This document shows positions 41,491 to 55,080 of a DNA stretch of 64,000 nt, in pieces. Location of the stretch: assembly GCA_951406725.2 (NCBI GenBank), contig OX597818.1:133052001-133116000 (forward strand), given 5' to 3'. Source of the DNA: Octopus vulgaris (Eukaryota). The position numbers and the translations under genes are program-made. Each line of letters starts with the position of its first letter. Position 1 is the stretch's first letter. The notes beneath the pieces were generated by a model that saw only the letters and a program-made list of their open reading frames with translations, made no database searches and was not told the DNA's origin.

Positions 41491-41878
41491 TCTATACATA
41501 TAAAACTGAAGTTGTCTGTGTGTGGCAGGTTTGGTAGCCTTCAACTAACACTATCTCCTCTGAGACCCTGCGGCACAAGTTGACCAAAATTGAGTGTATG
41601 ATAGAAGGCTTGCTCTTCATTCCGAAGAAGATAAAATTCAAATCAGATCATGTTAAGACCAAAAATTATTTACATCAAAAAGGTGCTTTTTTTCTATGAA
41701 AATCCCTATTTTTTACGATTTTTTGACTGATGTGTCGCCATTTATTCGGTGTATTTCAACCAGAAAAATGTTCACTTAAAGAGAATAACAAGCTACATAA
41801 TGCAAAATTTTTACTTTTCAAAAATTCCAATTCTAAAGGGTCGAAACAAACCCGAGCAACGCCGGGCGATACTCCTAG
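41491..41878 (+). mobile_element. Non-autonomous Helitron, complete termini
   Basis: A|TCTATACATATAAAA at the 5' end, subterminal hairpin CCCGAGC-AAC-GCCGGG, CTAG|T at the 3' end, no TSD. Confidence 0.88.
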
Positions 41879-42044
41879 TAATATACTAAATTTTTACTCT
41901 ACTGCTTATATATTGCTGCAGTAGAATATGTTTCATTTCAAAAACACGTGATCATTCACCTATATCTTTATGTTTATAAAATTGTTTTGCAAGATTCCTG
42001 ATGTGAAACCATGTGTTGAAACAGATATTGTTATATTTCAGGAT

Positions 42045-42623
42045 TCTTTTATTCTTTTATTTGCTTCAGTCATTTGGCTGTGGCCATGCTGGAGCACCTC
42101 ATTTAGTTGAACAAATCAACCTCAGGACTTATTCTTTGTAAGCATAGTACTTATTCTATCAGTCTCTTTTGCTGAACTGCCAAGTTACAAGGATGTAACA
42201 CCAACATCAGTTATCAAGCAATGGTGGGGGGATAAACACAGACACACAAACATATACACATATATATATATATACATATATACATACATATATATATTTC
42301 TTTACTACCCACAAGGGGCTAAACACAGAGGAGACAAACAAGGACAGACAAAGGGATTAAGTCGATTACATCGACCCCAGTGCGTAACTGGTACTTAATT
42401 TATCGACCCCGAAAGGATAAAAGGCAAAGTCGACCTCGTCGACATACATATATATATATATATACACGATGGGTTTCTTTCAGTTTTTGCCTGCCAAATC
42501 CACTCACAAGGCTTTGGTTGTCCCGAGGCTATAGTAGAAGACACAAGGTTCCACACAGTGGGACTGAACCCAACTCAGAACCATGTGGTTGATAAACAAG
42601 CTACTTACCACACAGCCACTCCT
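42045..42623 (-). mobile_element. SINE A with a truncated SINE B (42296-42441) inserted in its central microsatellite
   Basis: The B tail is flanked by ACATACATATATATA direct repeats. Confidence 0.85.
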
Positions 42624-43179
42624 GGTCATTTTTTTTCTTTTTCGCCAAATAAACACATGCGCTATATACTTATTCTTCACTCATTTATTACTGATCTTAT
42701 TTTATCCTATGTCTATTGTCCAGAAATCTTTCGTTACACATCTGTGACCTCTTCAGTGAGCTTTCTGTCCACATGTGTCCTCCTGCTCCACTTAATCCAT
42801 TCTGGACAATGGACATAAGATGAAATAAGAATAGTAATAAACGAGTGAAGAACAAAAATAAAGTGCATGTGTTTATTTGGCAAAAAAAAATTACCAATCC
42901 AAAATGTAACAATTACCTATATCTGTTCTATCACTCTACAAGCTGAATTCAAATTTTATCAAAGGCAGTTTCCACTTTCATCCCTTTGATTTCAATAAAA
43001 TATGGTAGCAGTCAAGTACTAGGGTTCATGTAATCTGATCCGCTTCCCTCAAAACTGCTGGCTTTGTGTCAAAATCAGAAACAAATATACTACTCTTGAA
43101 CAATATCAAGTAACTAAGACATCAAAATTTCTCTTCTAGCACAAGTACATGGTCAAAATGATCTTGGAAGTCAGTTTAT

Positions 43180-43590
43180 ATCTTTTCTTTATCTTTTATT
43201 TGTTACAGTTGTGACATTGTGACCATGCTGAGACATCACCTTGAAGAATTTTTAATCAAAAGAATTGATCCAGTAATTTTTTGTTTTTTTGTAAGCCTGG
43301 TACTTATTCTATCAGTCTCTTTAACTGAACAGCTAAGTTAGAGATGTAAACACACCAACACCAGTTAACAAGTGATGTTATGGGGGAACAAACATAGACA
43401 CAAAGACACACACGGAGATATACATGCATACATATATGACAGGTTACTTTCAGTTTCCATCTACCAAATCCACTAACAAGGCATTGGTTGGCCTGGGGCT
43501 ATAGTAAAAGACACTTGCCAAAGATGCCACCCAGTGGAACTGAACCTGGTATCATGTGGTTGGGAAGCAAGCTTCTTACCATACAGACGT
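43180..43590 (-). mobile_element. SINE family A, degenerate
   Basis: Reverse-complement match. Confidence 0.8.
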
Positions 43591-43861
43591 GTCTATATGT
43601 ATAAGATCCTGTACTAATTTTAGCAAAAATGTTCATTTATATGCTACCCTAATATATATAACATGTCACTTTTAGTAGCTCTGACTATATGGTACTAAGT
43701 GACTATCAACAATGCTTAAGGTTTACTATTGGTTTATGATAATATTGGTTTTAGCTGTACAAACAAATTTCTTATCTTTCCTATCAATATGCAGTGATTT
43801 TTAAACACATCAATCGATTCTGTGAGCAATAAGTACAAAATGATAATCTTCAAAATATCTC

Positions 43862-45067
43862 ACAGCCCTCTACCAGTCAGGCAATGGGTGTTCCGCTTTA
43901 GAAATTTATAGAGGATTAGTGGCAGGGAAGTGTGACAGTGTTTTCGGGGAGACTCTGAACCCTAACAGGAATGAACTGGCTAGTCTGTTTTGGAGGACTT
44001 TCTGGTCAGGAACTATCATGGATAATTTCCAGATGTCCTTGGCCTGACAGTACTACCAGGGGGTGCTACTAATTCGGGATAAACTCTACAGGCACGGATG
44101 TGCTGTAAGACAGGCTTATCTTATCTGAGGTGAATGCAGAGTGATGAAACCATTCTGCACACCCTTGTTCAGTGTCCAGGTATTGCTGACTTGTGGGGGT
44201 TATGTCAAACAGTTGCTGTCATGTGTGGAACGGATCTGTCTGTAGTGATGATCGCATCACCACCCTCCTTCAACTGGGCAGGCAAGGCAGTTCTCCTTTG
44301 CCTGGCAGCTGTGGTGAAAGAGGTTGTTTTATGGACAAGGCTGACAAGCATGAGGACAGATACATTCCTCTATGGTAGAGCTTTCATTGACTTCTTCAAG
44401 TTTTACTTGAAAAGGGAACTGAGAGTAGAGCGGGAAGTGTTGACCTCAAGTGAGTTTATTATAAGGCGGTGAGCTGGCAGAACCGTTAGCACGCCGGGCG
44501 AAATGCGTAGCCATATTTTGTCTGCCGTTACGTTCTGAGTTCAAATTCCGCCGAGGTCGACTTTGCCTTTCATCCTTTAGGGGTCAATAAAATTAAGTAC
44601 CAGTTATGCAGTAGGGTCGATGTAATCGACTTAATCCGTTTGTCTGTCCTTGTTTGTCCCCTCTATGTTTAGCCCCTTGTGGGTAATAAAGAAACATATT
44701 AAAAGGTGGGTGAAAGTTGTGAAAATGGCAAGAGTGGATGGTATCTTTCTAAGTGTAGACTTGTGAGTCAGAGAGAAGGAATTGGAGAGGGGGCACTTGC
44801 TCCTGGGATTTCAAGGAAATCTCGGACAGTGGGATTCCTTGATTATCCCAAGGAGCTTTCCTGTATCAGGAGGGCCACATCTCTATCATCCTCCCCTCCA
44901 CGTTTTCTTTTTTTAAATCTTTGTATGCTGTGCATTTGCCCCTTCTTCTTCAGTGTGTACTATGTATACTTTCTTTCTTTTCATTTTTCTTTTTTTATCA
45001 TTTCTTTATATCTAAACTCCCACACTTTATGTCTATCTTTATATTCTACACCTCATTCTTCACCCTA
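43862..45067 (+). mobile_element. Tx1/L1-like LINE 3' fragment interrupted by SINE B (44465-44696)
   Basis: RDKLYRHG...QSDETILHTLVQCP zinc-knuckle-type (zf-RVT) C-terminus. The frame continues FI/KRWVKVVKMA across the insert. Pyrimidine-rich 3' UTR. Confidence 0.75.
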
Positions 45068-45535
45068 AGGGTACACTAGGCACATGCATCACAACCATGT
45101 GTGCTCGACATGGTGATCTCATATCAAGATAAACAGTACATGACTTTGCAGGTGGGGCCCAGTTAGAATTTTCTTCTGGTCGAGTAACCCATTCCACTCA
45201 AAAGGTCCCTGAATAAGGGTTGTTTAAGGATGTTGAATGAAACACCCATGTTTCCAGAGGTGAATTATTCAGACTCCAAAGAATCCCTCTCAATACATGG
45301 CTATGAAGCTCCTCCACTAGTTCTGCTCGTGATCAGAGATGCACATATCATCAGCCACCAAGGGATATGCTCAACTGGTTAAGGTTAAACAACTGACACG
45401 CAAATCTGTGGTATTGAGCAGAATATTTGCTGTAGCCCATCTTTTATACCAAGACAAAACAATGTACATGATAACACTTCCAATTAGTTAAGATCAGAAG
45501 CCACAAGAGCCACTGCCTTGTAATGCATCAGGGCA
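45066..45535 (-). mobile_element. GC-richer element segment starting at a (TAA)n tract; possible 5' region of an R4/Dong-type element
   Basis: On the minus strand it starts immediately after the (TAA)n tail of the R4-like end. Identity is inferred from context only. Confidence 0.4.
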
Positions 45536-45545
45536 TTATTATTAA

Positions 45546-45585
<40 letters not shown>

Positions 45586-45790
45586 TTTATTATCATTAGT
45601 TTTATTTTTATAGCATGCTTTCACTTCAATACCAAGCGCAGCTCTGTGTGCCTTGGGTATGTGCTGTGATTTGTTGTGATGCTCTCATGGTTACTGTATT
45701 GAAAGTGTTCTGCGTAGGATGTGTGCAGTGCCTAGTAGTGCAATTTTCTGTATGTTATATGTGTTTGTAAGTCCTGGTATCTTTGTTGTT
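45536..45790 (-). mobile_element. R4/Dong-like LINE 3' end with a (TAA)n tail
   Basis: Minus strand KIPGLTNTYNIQKIALLGTAHILRRTLSIQ*, the QK..LLGTA.ILR motif of RLE-type non-LTR elements. Confidence 0.8.
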
Positions 45791-46689
45791 GTTATTGGTA
45801 TTTTTGTTGTTGTTGTTGTTGTTATTATTATTATTATTATCATTATTATTATTATCATCATTATTATTATTATTATTATCCATAATCTTTACTGAAACAT
45901 TTCAATTTCCTTACTGCTTGGTCTAACTTCAATGTCCAGTACTCATGTGACCTGATGCAGGCTTTTGTTTATCATGGCTGCCAGCAGGTATATTTCAATT
46001 AAATGCGAAATAAGTTTTAAAATATTCGAAGTAAGTTATATGATAACTAATTAAATATTCGCTGTCAAGTAGTCAAAAGCTTGAATGAATCTGAAGAAGC
46101 AAAGTGAAAGAGTGAGCTGTGAAAAAAAAAAAGGAAAATTCAAAACAGGACTGACTGAAAGACTGAGAATGAATGACAGGACATAAATCAAATAGTATTG
46201 AATAAAAAAAACTTATTTTGTATACAGAAGGAAAATAACTCAACTAATAAGTGAACTTTTCATTGATTAATACACAGCACAGCAATTAGTGCGAAAAATT
46301 ATTCATACTGTAATTTTACATGACCATGAGTGTGTGCATGTGTGTGTGGTGCATGGTGTGTGGTGCATGGTGTGTGGTACATGGTGTGTGTGTGTGAGAA
46401 AAGGGGATGTATGTGTGAGGTGGTGCGAGCATACATGTGTGCATTTGTATTTGTTCATAGATGCATGCATGTGTAAGACCGTCGGTTCTTTTCCAAGTTC
46501 ATGAGGGGGGAAAAAAAAAAAAATTCAGTCAAAATCTAATATGAAATTTTAATGAAAATAACCCATAATTTCATCTATTATAGAAATACATTTTCATCGA
46601 GAATATCTGTTCTTTTGAATGGCGACGCACATACGTATGTATATTTATGAATGACTGTTTCATATATTTCTGATTAAAATTCTTCTTAA

Positions 46690-46806
46690 TTACATACACA
46701 CATACATACAAACACATACACACATACATACACACATACATACATACATACATACATACATACATTCATAGACATATATAGATCTACACACACACACACA
46801 AACATC

Positions 46807-46851
<45 letters not shown>

Positions 46852-46978
46852 ATATATATATATATATAATATATATATATATATATGTATGTATATATAT
46901 ATGTATGTACATATATATGTATATATGCATACATACGTATATATACGTACACACACACATATATATATATATACATAC

Positions 46979-47016
<38 letters not shown>

Positions 47017-47044
47017 CATATATATGTATATATATATAAATATG

Positions 47045-47083
<39 letters not shown>

Positions 47084-47095
47084 TATATATTATGA
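46690..47095. repeat. (TACA)n/(TA)n microsatellite block
   Basis: Directly visible. Similar blocks at 36500-36717, 47906-48212 and 56480-56840. Confidence 0.95.
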
Positions 47096-48063
47096 GTTTC
47101 AACTATGCATGCATGTATATGAACATATAGGGAAAAAAACTCAAATTAAAGTATTTTCGGATCCATTTTAAGAAGAAATATCTGTTTTTTTCGTGTGTGT
47201 GTGTGTGTGTGTCAATAATGTTAAAAAGAGTTAAAACAAGTACGTGTAAATAAGCAAATCATAGAGAAAGCTTAGAAAACGGGACACAAATAATTCTATA
47301 TATCTAGCTTATTATTGTTGCTGTTGAAACCATTTTTGTACATGTGTTGATTAATTAAGTGCTTTTCCCTTTTCATTTTCAAGTATGTATCATCTAATTT
47401 TCTCCCTCTTTATACAGCTCGGTTTGTTCTTATTATATTTTGGTTTGTTTTGTTTTGATTTTTGTTTTCCTGTAGACACCTTTGAATTATTGATTTCTAT
47501 ATATGTGTCTCTTTGCAGTTCACTTCTTGGCTTTAACTTTATTCTATATCATTTTTTTCCGCTTCATAGTTTTTTTTCTTCTTCTTTTTATACTTCTTCT
47601 ATATTTCTTCCCTATGTCAGTTTCTTTCTTTTCAAATTTTCTGAGAAATCACATATTAAAATGTAGAGTTCAGTTAAAGCATTAATCATTATAGAAAGTG
47701 TCTATATGTACTGAACATTATCTGTCAGAACTGAGGATAAATGCAAGCACAGCTTGTAGACAACATTTTTATTGTCCTCACAGCCATTTAACAGTTTTCA
47801 ATCTCTATAAAGTCTTTGTTAACATGAAACTTTCACTTCAATCCATTCATTTCTGTCTTCCAACTGTTTATTATTTATAAAATATATAATACTTTAAATA
47901 TATATCTATAAATATATATATATATATATACACACACACAGAGGTGGAAAAGAGAGAGAGAAAGAAAGAAAGAGAGAGAGATGTATATATACATAAATGT
48001 TTACAGATATATATGTACACAACACACACACACATATATATGCATGCTTATATAAATATGTGA

Positions 48064-48097
<34 letters not shown>

Positions 48098-48129
48098 ATA
48101 TATATATATACATACATATATGTGTATAC

Positions 48130-48179
<50 letters not shown>

Positions 48180-50094
48180 ACACACCTATGTATATATATA
48201 TATATATGTATATAATTCTTTTTGAATAGAACTAATCACCTTTATACAGACAACCATATTTAACTGTTTAAGGTTGCAATAAAATTTATCTTGCCAACTA
48301 TAGATAAAATATAATATGAATGATTTTTATTGACAAAATGTATAGAATTCAAAGACATTTATTTGATATCAAGGATATTTATCTCTTTTAATTCTATAGT
48401 TGGAAATATAAAAATCTATAGGTTTATTTAGATATTGTGTTACCATTACGAGGATGTAAGGTTCAATTATTCACACTGAACACTCCCTTGAAAAGGAATA
48501 GACCAAAGAAAAATTCCAACACAAAATGTGAATCATAGCTAAACAATGGCATTTACCTTTCCATTTGATAAATTAGTATATTGATGTAAATCATAAATCA
48601 AAAAAATATATTTGTTAGTTTACCTTATCCAACTTACTGGAAAATACGATATAAGCTTTCTTATATTAAGTCGCTATAACTTAACTGACATAAACATTGA
48701 TAAGAGATAAGTTTTGATATTGTCAATGATAGCCTCTCACATAAAAGTCTCCATAAATAAGCATCATAGACTCATAAGATAAATGCATATGCTTGCATGT
48801 TTTCATACATACACACATGCCTTGGCTGCTTATATAAGTGTTTGATATGCATCACAGAGACAGCATATCAATGGAAGATTTGTTGCAGAATCTCTCTCTA
48901 ATCCACATTCCATTGTGAGCATTTAAGTAGTTTAAGGTTAGAATATATAAAGAGATTTCAGCTGATCAAGATTGCAGCTAATCCAGATCTTCAAAGCTTT
49001 TAGCAGCTGACAGATCTAAAGCAGCATTAGTAAGTAATATGGGATAAAGAATTATACAATTTGGGAGTCTATAGATTTGATCCAAACTTATTTAAATTTA
49101 CTAAAGCAAATGCGTAATTGAAAGGAGAATAAAAAAAATTACAAGCGAACATTTGCTTTTAAAGAAAAAAAAACTCAGAGCAAGATTTTGCTGTAAATTG
49201 ATTATCACGCAGTTTCCTTCAGGTTTTATTTGCTTTTATACCAAAAACAATTCCGATACTAGGCATGACCTTAATAAATTCTCCCTTACTACATATTGAA
49301 TTTCCATATGTTACTTATGAATGTAAAGCATTTCTTTGCAGCTATCTGACATAAAAAAAAATGAAAATAAGGAAAACGCATATGAGATATTGTATATTAG
49401 GGCATGGGTGGTGAGATTGATCACTTTTAATTATTGCATTATTTATTTATTTAATAATTATAAGCAGTATTTTAAATTTTTTCCAAGGCTTATCTACTTA
49501 TTTTATTGATTTAAACCCCCTAGAGGCTAAAAAACAACACATTTCCTGATATCTTACTCACTCAACCTTTCTAATATTTCACTACTTAAACTTCATTTTA
49601 AGATACTCGAAATGACAGAATGGTGATTTCTGGAAATTAAATTAAAAGATAATTTATATCAAATAGTCAGCAGTTTCTATCTGGTAGTATGACACATTCT
49701 CCACATCTTGGTTGTTGAAGAATTCAGTAAATAATTAGTAAAATTAATATATTAATTTTCATAAATTTCTCCCATTTGCTTTATTGATCATTTCATTTCT
49801 ACTTTAAAGACATTCCAAAGAAAAAGAAAGCTGAAGAAGGAAACAAGATGAGTAAATATTCTTTCACTGTTAGACTTCTAAGAAGCACACAAAACATCTG
49901 AATAAATTTCCCTATTGATTTTGAAATGTCTACTTTTGTAGTGAGGACATCTGTCAAAAGTTCTGTATTTCTGCTTGTTACTGTATATTACATTAATTAG
50001 AACATTTCATTTAAATTTGCCTAAAATCTGAAATCTCAAACGTAGCAGTTGACCTCAGTTTTGCTATTTTTGACTGATATATTTCAATGTTGTC

Positions 50095-50151
50095 ACCATC
50101 ATCGTCATCATCATCAACACCACCACCACCACCAACACCATCACCACCACC

Positions 50152-50183
<32 letters not shown>

Positions 50184-50271
50184 CAACAACACCACTACCA
50201 ACAACACCACCACCACCTTCATCATCATCATCATCATCAACACCACCACCACCACCAACACCATCACCACC

Positions 50272-50303
<32 letters not shown>

Positions 50304-50385
50304 CAACAACAACACTACCAACAACACCACCACCACCTTCATCATCATCATCATCATCAACACCACCACCACCACCAACACCATC

Positions 50386-50434
<49 letters not shown>

Positions 50435-50496
50435 CCACTACCAACAACACCACCACCACCTTCATCATCATCATCATCATCAACACCACCACCACC

Positions 50497-50527
<31 letters not shown>

Positions 50528-50575
50528 CCACTGCCACCACCACCTTCATCATCATCATCATCATCATCATCATCT
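50095..50575. repeat. Higher-order repeat of about 120 bp built from (CAT)n(CAC)n(CAA)n
   Basis: The unit boundary CCACCTTCATC recurs near 50213, 50333, 50456 and 50540. Confidence 0.9.
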
Positions 50576-50949
50576 TCCTTATCTTCATCTAATACCACCA
50601 CTACCACCACTACCAGTGTCATTGTCACTACTACCACCACCACTACTGCCAAAAACCATCATCACCATCATCTGAGGGAACCTTTATGTGGCTGCTCAAC
50701 CAGCTGGAAAATGCCAATCTCCCTCAAATCTCAACCTCAGAATGATGTCCTAGGTTGCTGGCTAATAGGAATTAGAGGGAAATGGATGGAATGCTCACAA
50801 CTGTTTCAGGGCTGTCCTGAGGCAAAAAAAAAAATATGATCAGTGAAACTGCTAGAAATAATTGTCAAATTTCTATAAATTCATACACTGCCATCTTAAC
50901 AAAAAAATGATACTTTGGATTCCATTCAGATTGAAATATCAGTTGCACT

Positions 50950-51205
50950 ATCTTTTATCTTGCACCTGTTTCAGTCGATTGACTGTAGCCACGCTGGGGT
51001 GCTGCTGGGGTGCTGCTTAAAATTTTAGTCAAATGTATCTACCCCAGTACTTTTTAATTTTTTTAAAGCCTGATACTTATTCTATTGGTCTCTTTTGCTA
51101 AACCACTAAGTTATGAGGATGTAAATACACCAGCACCGGTTGTCAAGCAGTGGTGGGGGACAAACACAGGCACACACACACACGCACACATACACATATC
51201 CAGAT

Positions 51206-51244
<39 letters not shown>

Positions 51245-51625
51245 CACATACACAGATGCACACACACACACATACACACATACACAGATGCACACACACA
51301 CACACACATGCACACACACATACACAGATGCACACACACACACACACATACACATACACATATGCACACACACACACACATACACAGATGCACACACACA
51401 CACACACACATGCACACACACACGCACACACACACACACGCACACACACACATATATATGATGGGATTCTTTCAGTTTTCATCTACCAAATTCACTCACA
51501 GGGCTTTTGTTGGCCTGAAGCTATAATGGAAGATATTTGCCTAAGGTGACATGCAGTGGGACTGAACTCTGAACCATGTGGTTGGGAAGCAAGCTTCTTA
51601 CCACACAGCCAGCCACGCCTGTGCC
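50950..51625 (-). mobile_element. SINE A with an expanded CA-rich minisatellite (CAGATG-anchored, 51172-51452)
   Basis: Family A flanks. CAGATGCACACAC recurs five times. Confidence 0.85.
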
Positions 51626-51779
51626 TATACCAAGAAAACAAAAAATCACAAGATGTTCATGGGTAAAACACTTTTGAACAGGGGTCTGTTCCACAAAGAC
51701 TAACCTGGAGTTATGCATCAACAACAACAACAACACATTTTTGGAGGTCTGATATCATAAAGAAAAGAATCTTTTGTGT

Positions 51780-52180
51780 TACTCTTTACTCTTTTACTAG
51801 TTTCAGTCATTTGACTGCGGCCATGCTGGAGCACCGCCTTTAGTCGAGCAACTCGACTCTGGGACTTATTCTTTGTAAGCCTTGTACTTATTCTATCGGA
51901 CTCTTTTGCTGAACTGCTAAGTGATGGGGACATAAACACACTAGCATCGGTTGTCAAGCAATACTAAGGGGACAAACACAGACATACAAACATACACGCA
52001 CCACATATATATATATATACATATATACGACGGGCTTCTTTCAGTTTCCGTCTACCAAATCCACTCACAAGGCTTTAGTCGGCCCGAGGCTATAGTAGAA
52101 GACACTTGCCCAAGGTGCCACGCAGTGGGACTAAACCCATGTGGTTCATAAGCAAGCTACTTACCACACAGCCACTCCTG
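51780..52180 (-). mobile_element. SINE family A
   Basis: Reverse-complement match. Confidence 0.9.
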
Positions 52181-52296
52181 AAATTTATTCATTATCATTG
52201 GCTTTTGATAATGCAATCTACCTCATCCCTGTTATAACATGGAGAATAAAAAAATAGGTAAATTAGTTAAGAGCTCAGTCTTTAGCCATGACTATA

Positions 52297-52664
52297 TATT
52301 TCTTTACTACCCACAAGGGGCTAAACACAGAGGGGACAAACAAGGACAGACAAACAGATTAAGTCGATTACATCAACCCCAGTGCGTAACTGGTACTTAA
52401 TTTATCGACCCCGAAAGGATGAAAGGCAAAGTCGACCTTGGCGGAATTTGAACTCAGAACGCAACGGCAGACGAAATACCTATTTCTTTACTACCCACAA
52501 GGAGCTAAACACAGAGGGGATAAACAAGGACAGACAAACGGATTAAGTCGATTACATCAACTCCAGTGCATAACTGGTACTTAATTTATCGACCCCGAAA
52601 GGATGAAAGGCAAAGTCGACCTTGGCGGAATTTGAACTCAGAACGTAACGGCAGATGAAATACG
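52297..52664 (-). mobile_element. Tandem dimer of 5'-truncated SINE B
   Basis: Two 184-bp units inside a single TSD GCCATGACTATA at 52285-52296 and 52665-52676. Confidence 0.9.
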
Positions 52665-53103
52665 GCCATGACTATAGTGTAACACACACACACACAAAAA
52701 GAAAAACGACTGCTTATACATTCAAAATATACCTTCTGACTGTGGTTGCATTTGGCATAATGGTTTGCGTATTTGTTGGAAGCTGCCTGAGTTTCATAGA
52801 TAAAATCTATACAGAAGCTTATACACTCACACACATGTACATGAATATATATGCACTTCCCCCACCTCCCTCTGACCACTAACAAACAAAATACTAATAC
52901 CACTCAATTTGCTTTGAGACTGGCCAAATGGATAGACCCTGAAGAAGTTGCCCCAATAATAGTGATAGATTGCATCTGCAACTGCCAGTGGAAACACATG
53001 TAGGTCACAATGATATGCTGTATAAAATAGTGTAAGTGAAAATAAATTTTGAAATTGAATGTTTCTACACTCTTTATAATTATTGCTAATATATATATAT
53101 GTA

Positions 53104-54052
53104 CCAGCAGTATAGCCCGGCTTTGCCTGGGATTAAGTTAGGATTATTAAGCTGATCAAGTTCTTTATTTCAACCCAAAATAAGTAACATTGACGTCAAA
53201 TTTGAGTGAAATCTGTTGAAATTGGTAAACTTTTTTGCTGAAAATGAATTGCAGACAACTTGATTGGGAAATCCCATAAGGAATCAGTTTATCAATTTTT
53301 TCCACTCAGCGATTTTTTTTTTCTTTCGTTTTTGGAGAATTTAAAGTATTCAAAGATCCCATGAGCCCTAAGTAATGCTGGCTCAAGTTTGAACAAAATA
53401 TATCAAATTTGGTAAAAGTTATGGTTGAAAATGGGGTGTAGCCAATTTTATTGGGAAATCCTATAAGGAATCGCTTTATCGATTTTTTTTTTATGCTGAT
53501 TAAATGGAAAACCCCATAAGGAATCAGGTTATTGATTTTTCGCTCCGAAAAGAACTTAACTGAACACAACATTGCTGATTCAAAAACATCTATATTTATA
53601 CTTTAAAGTTGGTTTTCACACCCAACCCAGTCCTGCAGAATCAGTGTCATGACTGGAGTGCATGGGTTGGGAGTTTGATCAGTAGGTTGCACATGCCAGC
53701 CCTGTGAAAACCCCCTTTGCCCATGAGTTGGGAACCCTTCCAGCAACAAAAATAGAATGCCCAAAGGGCTCCCGATCCTCTGTGTCAGAAGCGGTTACAT
53801 TCAGATCACAACTAAGTCTTAAGTATATACATATATACATATATATACATACACATACACACATACACACATGTACGCACACATATTGCATACATGTTTT
53901 TTGTACACATACATGTTCATGTGTGTGTATGCGTGTGTGTGAGTGTGTGAGTGTGTGTGCGTGTATGTGTTGCCTGTATATCAACAAAACACTTTCTTCT
54001 TGATGGAAAAAAAAGTCTTAACAAAAACTTACTCGATAGATAGATAGATAGA
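53104..54052 (-). mobile_element. Non-autonomous Helitron with internal repeats
   Basis: Minus-strand end CCCAGGC-AAA-GCCGGG-CTATACTG-CTGG|T resembles 41851-41879. GGAAA.CC.ATAAGGAATC is repeated three times. The 5' boundary (A|TC in a TATC tract) is less certain. Confidence 0.7.
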
Positions 54053-54160
54053 TGCAATAGGCCTCTTACAGTTTCTGTCTATTAAGTTCACTCACAGAAC
54101 TTTAGACAGCTTGGAGTCATAGTAGAAGAGACTTTAAGTGCCACAAATTGTATATGTATA

Positions 54161-54997
54161 TAGGGTGCAGTGAATAAATTGCCATCTAAATTACACAAAA
54201 ATGAAAATATCATTGACATCTCATTTTAACAGATGTATTTACCAAAATTACATACAAATATCTTGAAATACTAAAGAGTAAATGTTTTCAATAAAATCAC
54301 CATTGGCTTCAACCACGGCCTCCAGACGACTTTGGAATCTCCTACAACTCTTCTTGACGGTTTCTTTGTTTAAGTTGAGAAATGCTGCCTTAATCCTTGC
54401 CTTCGGTTTATCTTTGGTGTTACAAGGAGTTTTTTTGGTCTCTCACTCAACTGAACTCCACAAACAACAATGCAGTCTGGGGAATTAGCTGGCCAGATGT
54501 TAGGGGTGATGTGGTCCCAGAAATTGTTTGACAGCCATGACTGGAGTCTCCTGCTTGTGTGGCATGGTGCAGAGCCCTGTTAACAGACATATGGTCTTCC
54601 AGCAGCCACCCTCTTGACCCAGGGCAGCACTACCTTCTCCAGGCACTTGATGTAGACTTCCTTGTTGAGCCTGAGGCCGTGTAGGAAGATGATCACTAGT
54701 GATCACTCCAAACACCATGATGTTGACTGGATGTTTGATTTTTATCATTCTCGGTACATGTTTTGGGGGACATGGCAAGTTCTCAGATTGACACCCAAAC
54801 ACTCTGAAATGTTCGTATTGGTGCTTCTGGCACAAATGCCAAGAAACACAGCATTTCATTTCCAAATTTCTGGCAGAATGAATTGCATCATGATGCTGTT
54901 TTTTTCACAGACTATGTCCAAACTGATCCTACTATACTGTGTAGTCGACAAAATATAAAACAATGCGCACGTGCAAATGTAAAAATATAAAATGGTG

Positions 54998-54999
<2 letters not shown>
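54161..54999 (-). mobile_element. Internally deleted Tc1/mariner element (maT/DD37D-like)
   Basis: Minus-strand fragments KHPVNIMVFGVITSD, GRPYVC*QGSAPCHTSRRLQSWLSNNFWDHITPNIWPANSPDC and RRFQSRLEAVVEANGDFIE. Stops and deletions are present; the third catalytic residue is missing, so the subfamily is inferred. Confidence 0.85.
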
Positions 55000-55049
<50 letters not shown>

Positions 55050-55080
55050 CATATACCTATATATATATATATATATATAT

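Noticed and set aside
42720-42760. Other CTGANGA...GAAA matches (also near 5250-5281 and 40765-40795)
   Set aside because: Stem I and/or stem II do not pair convincingly.
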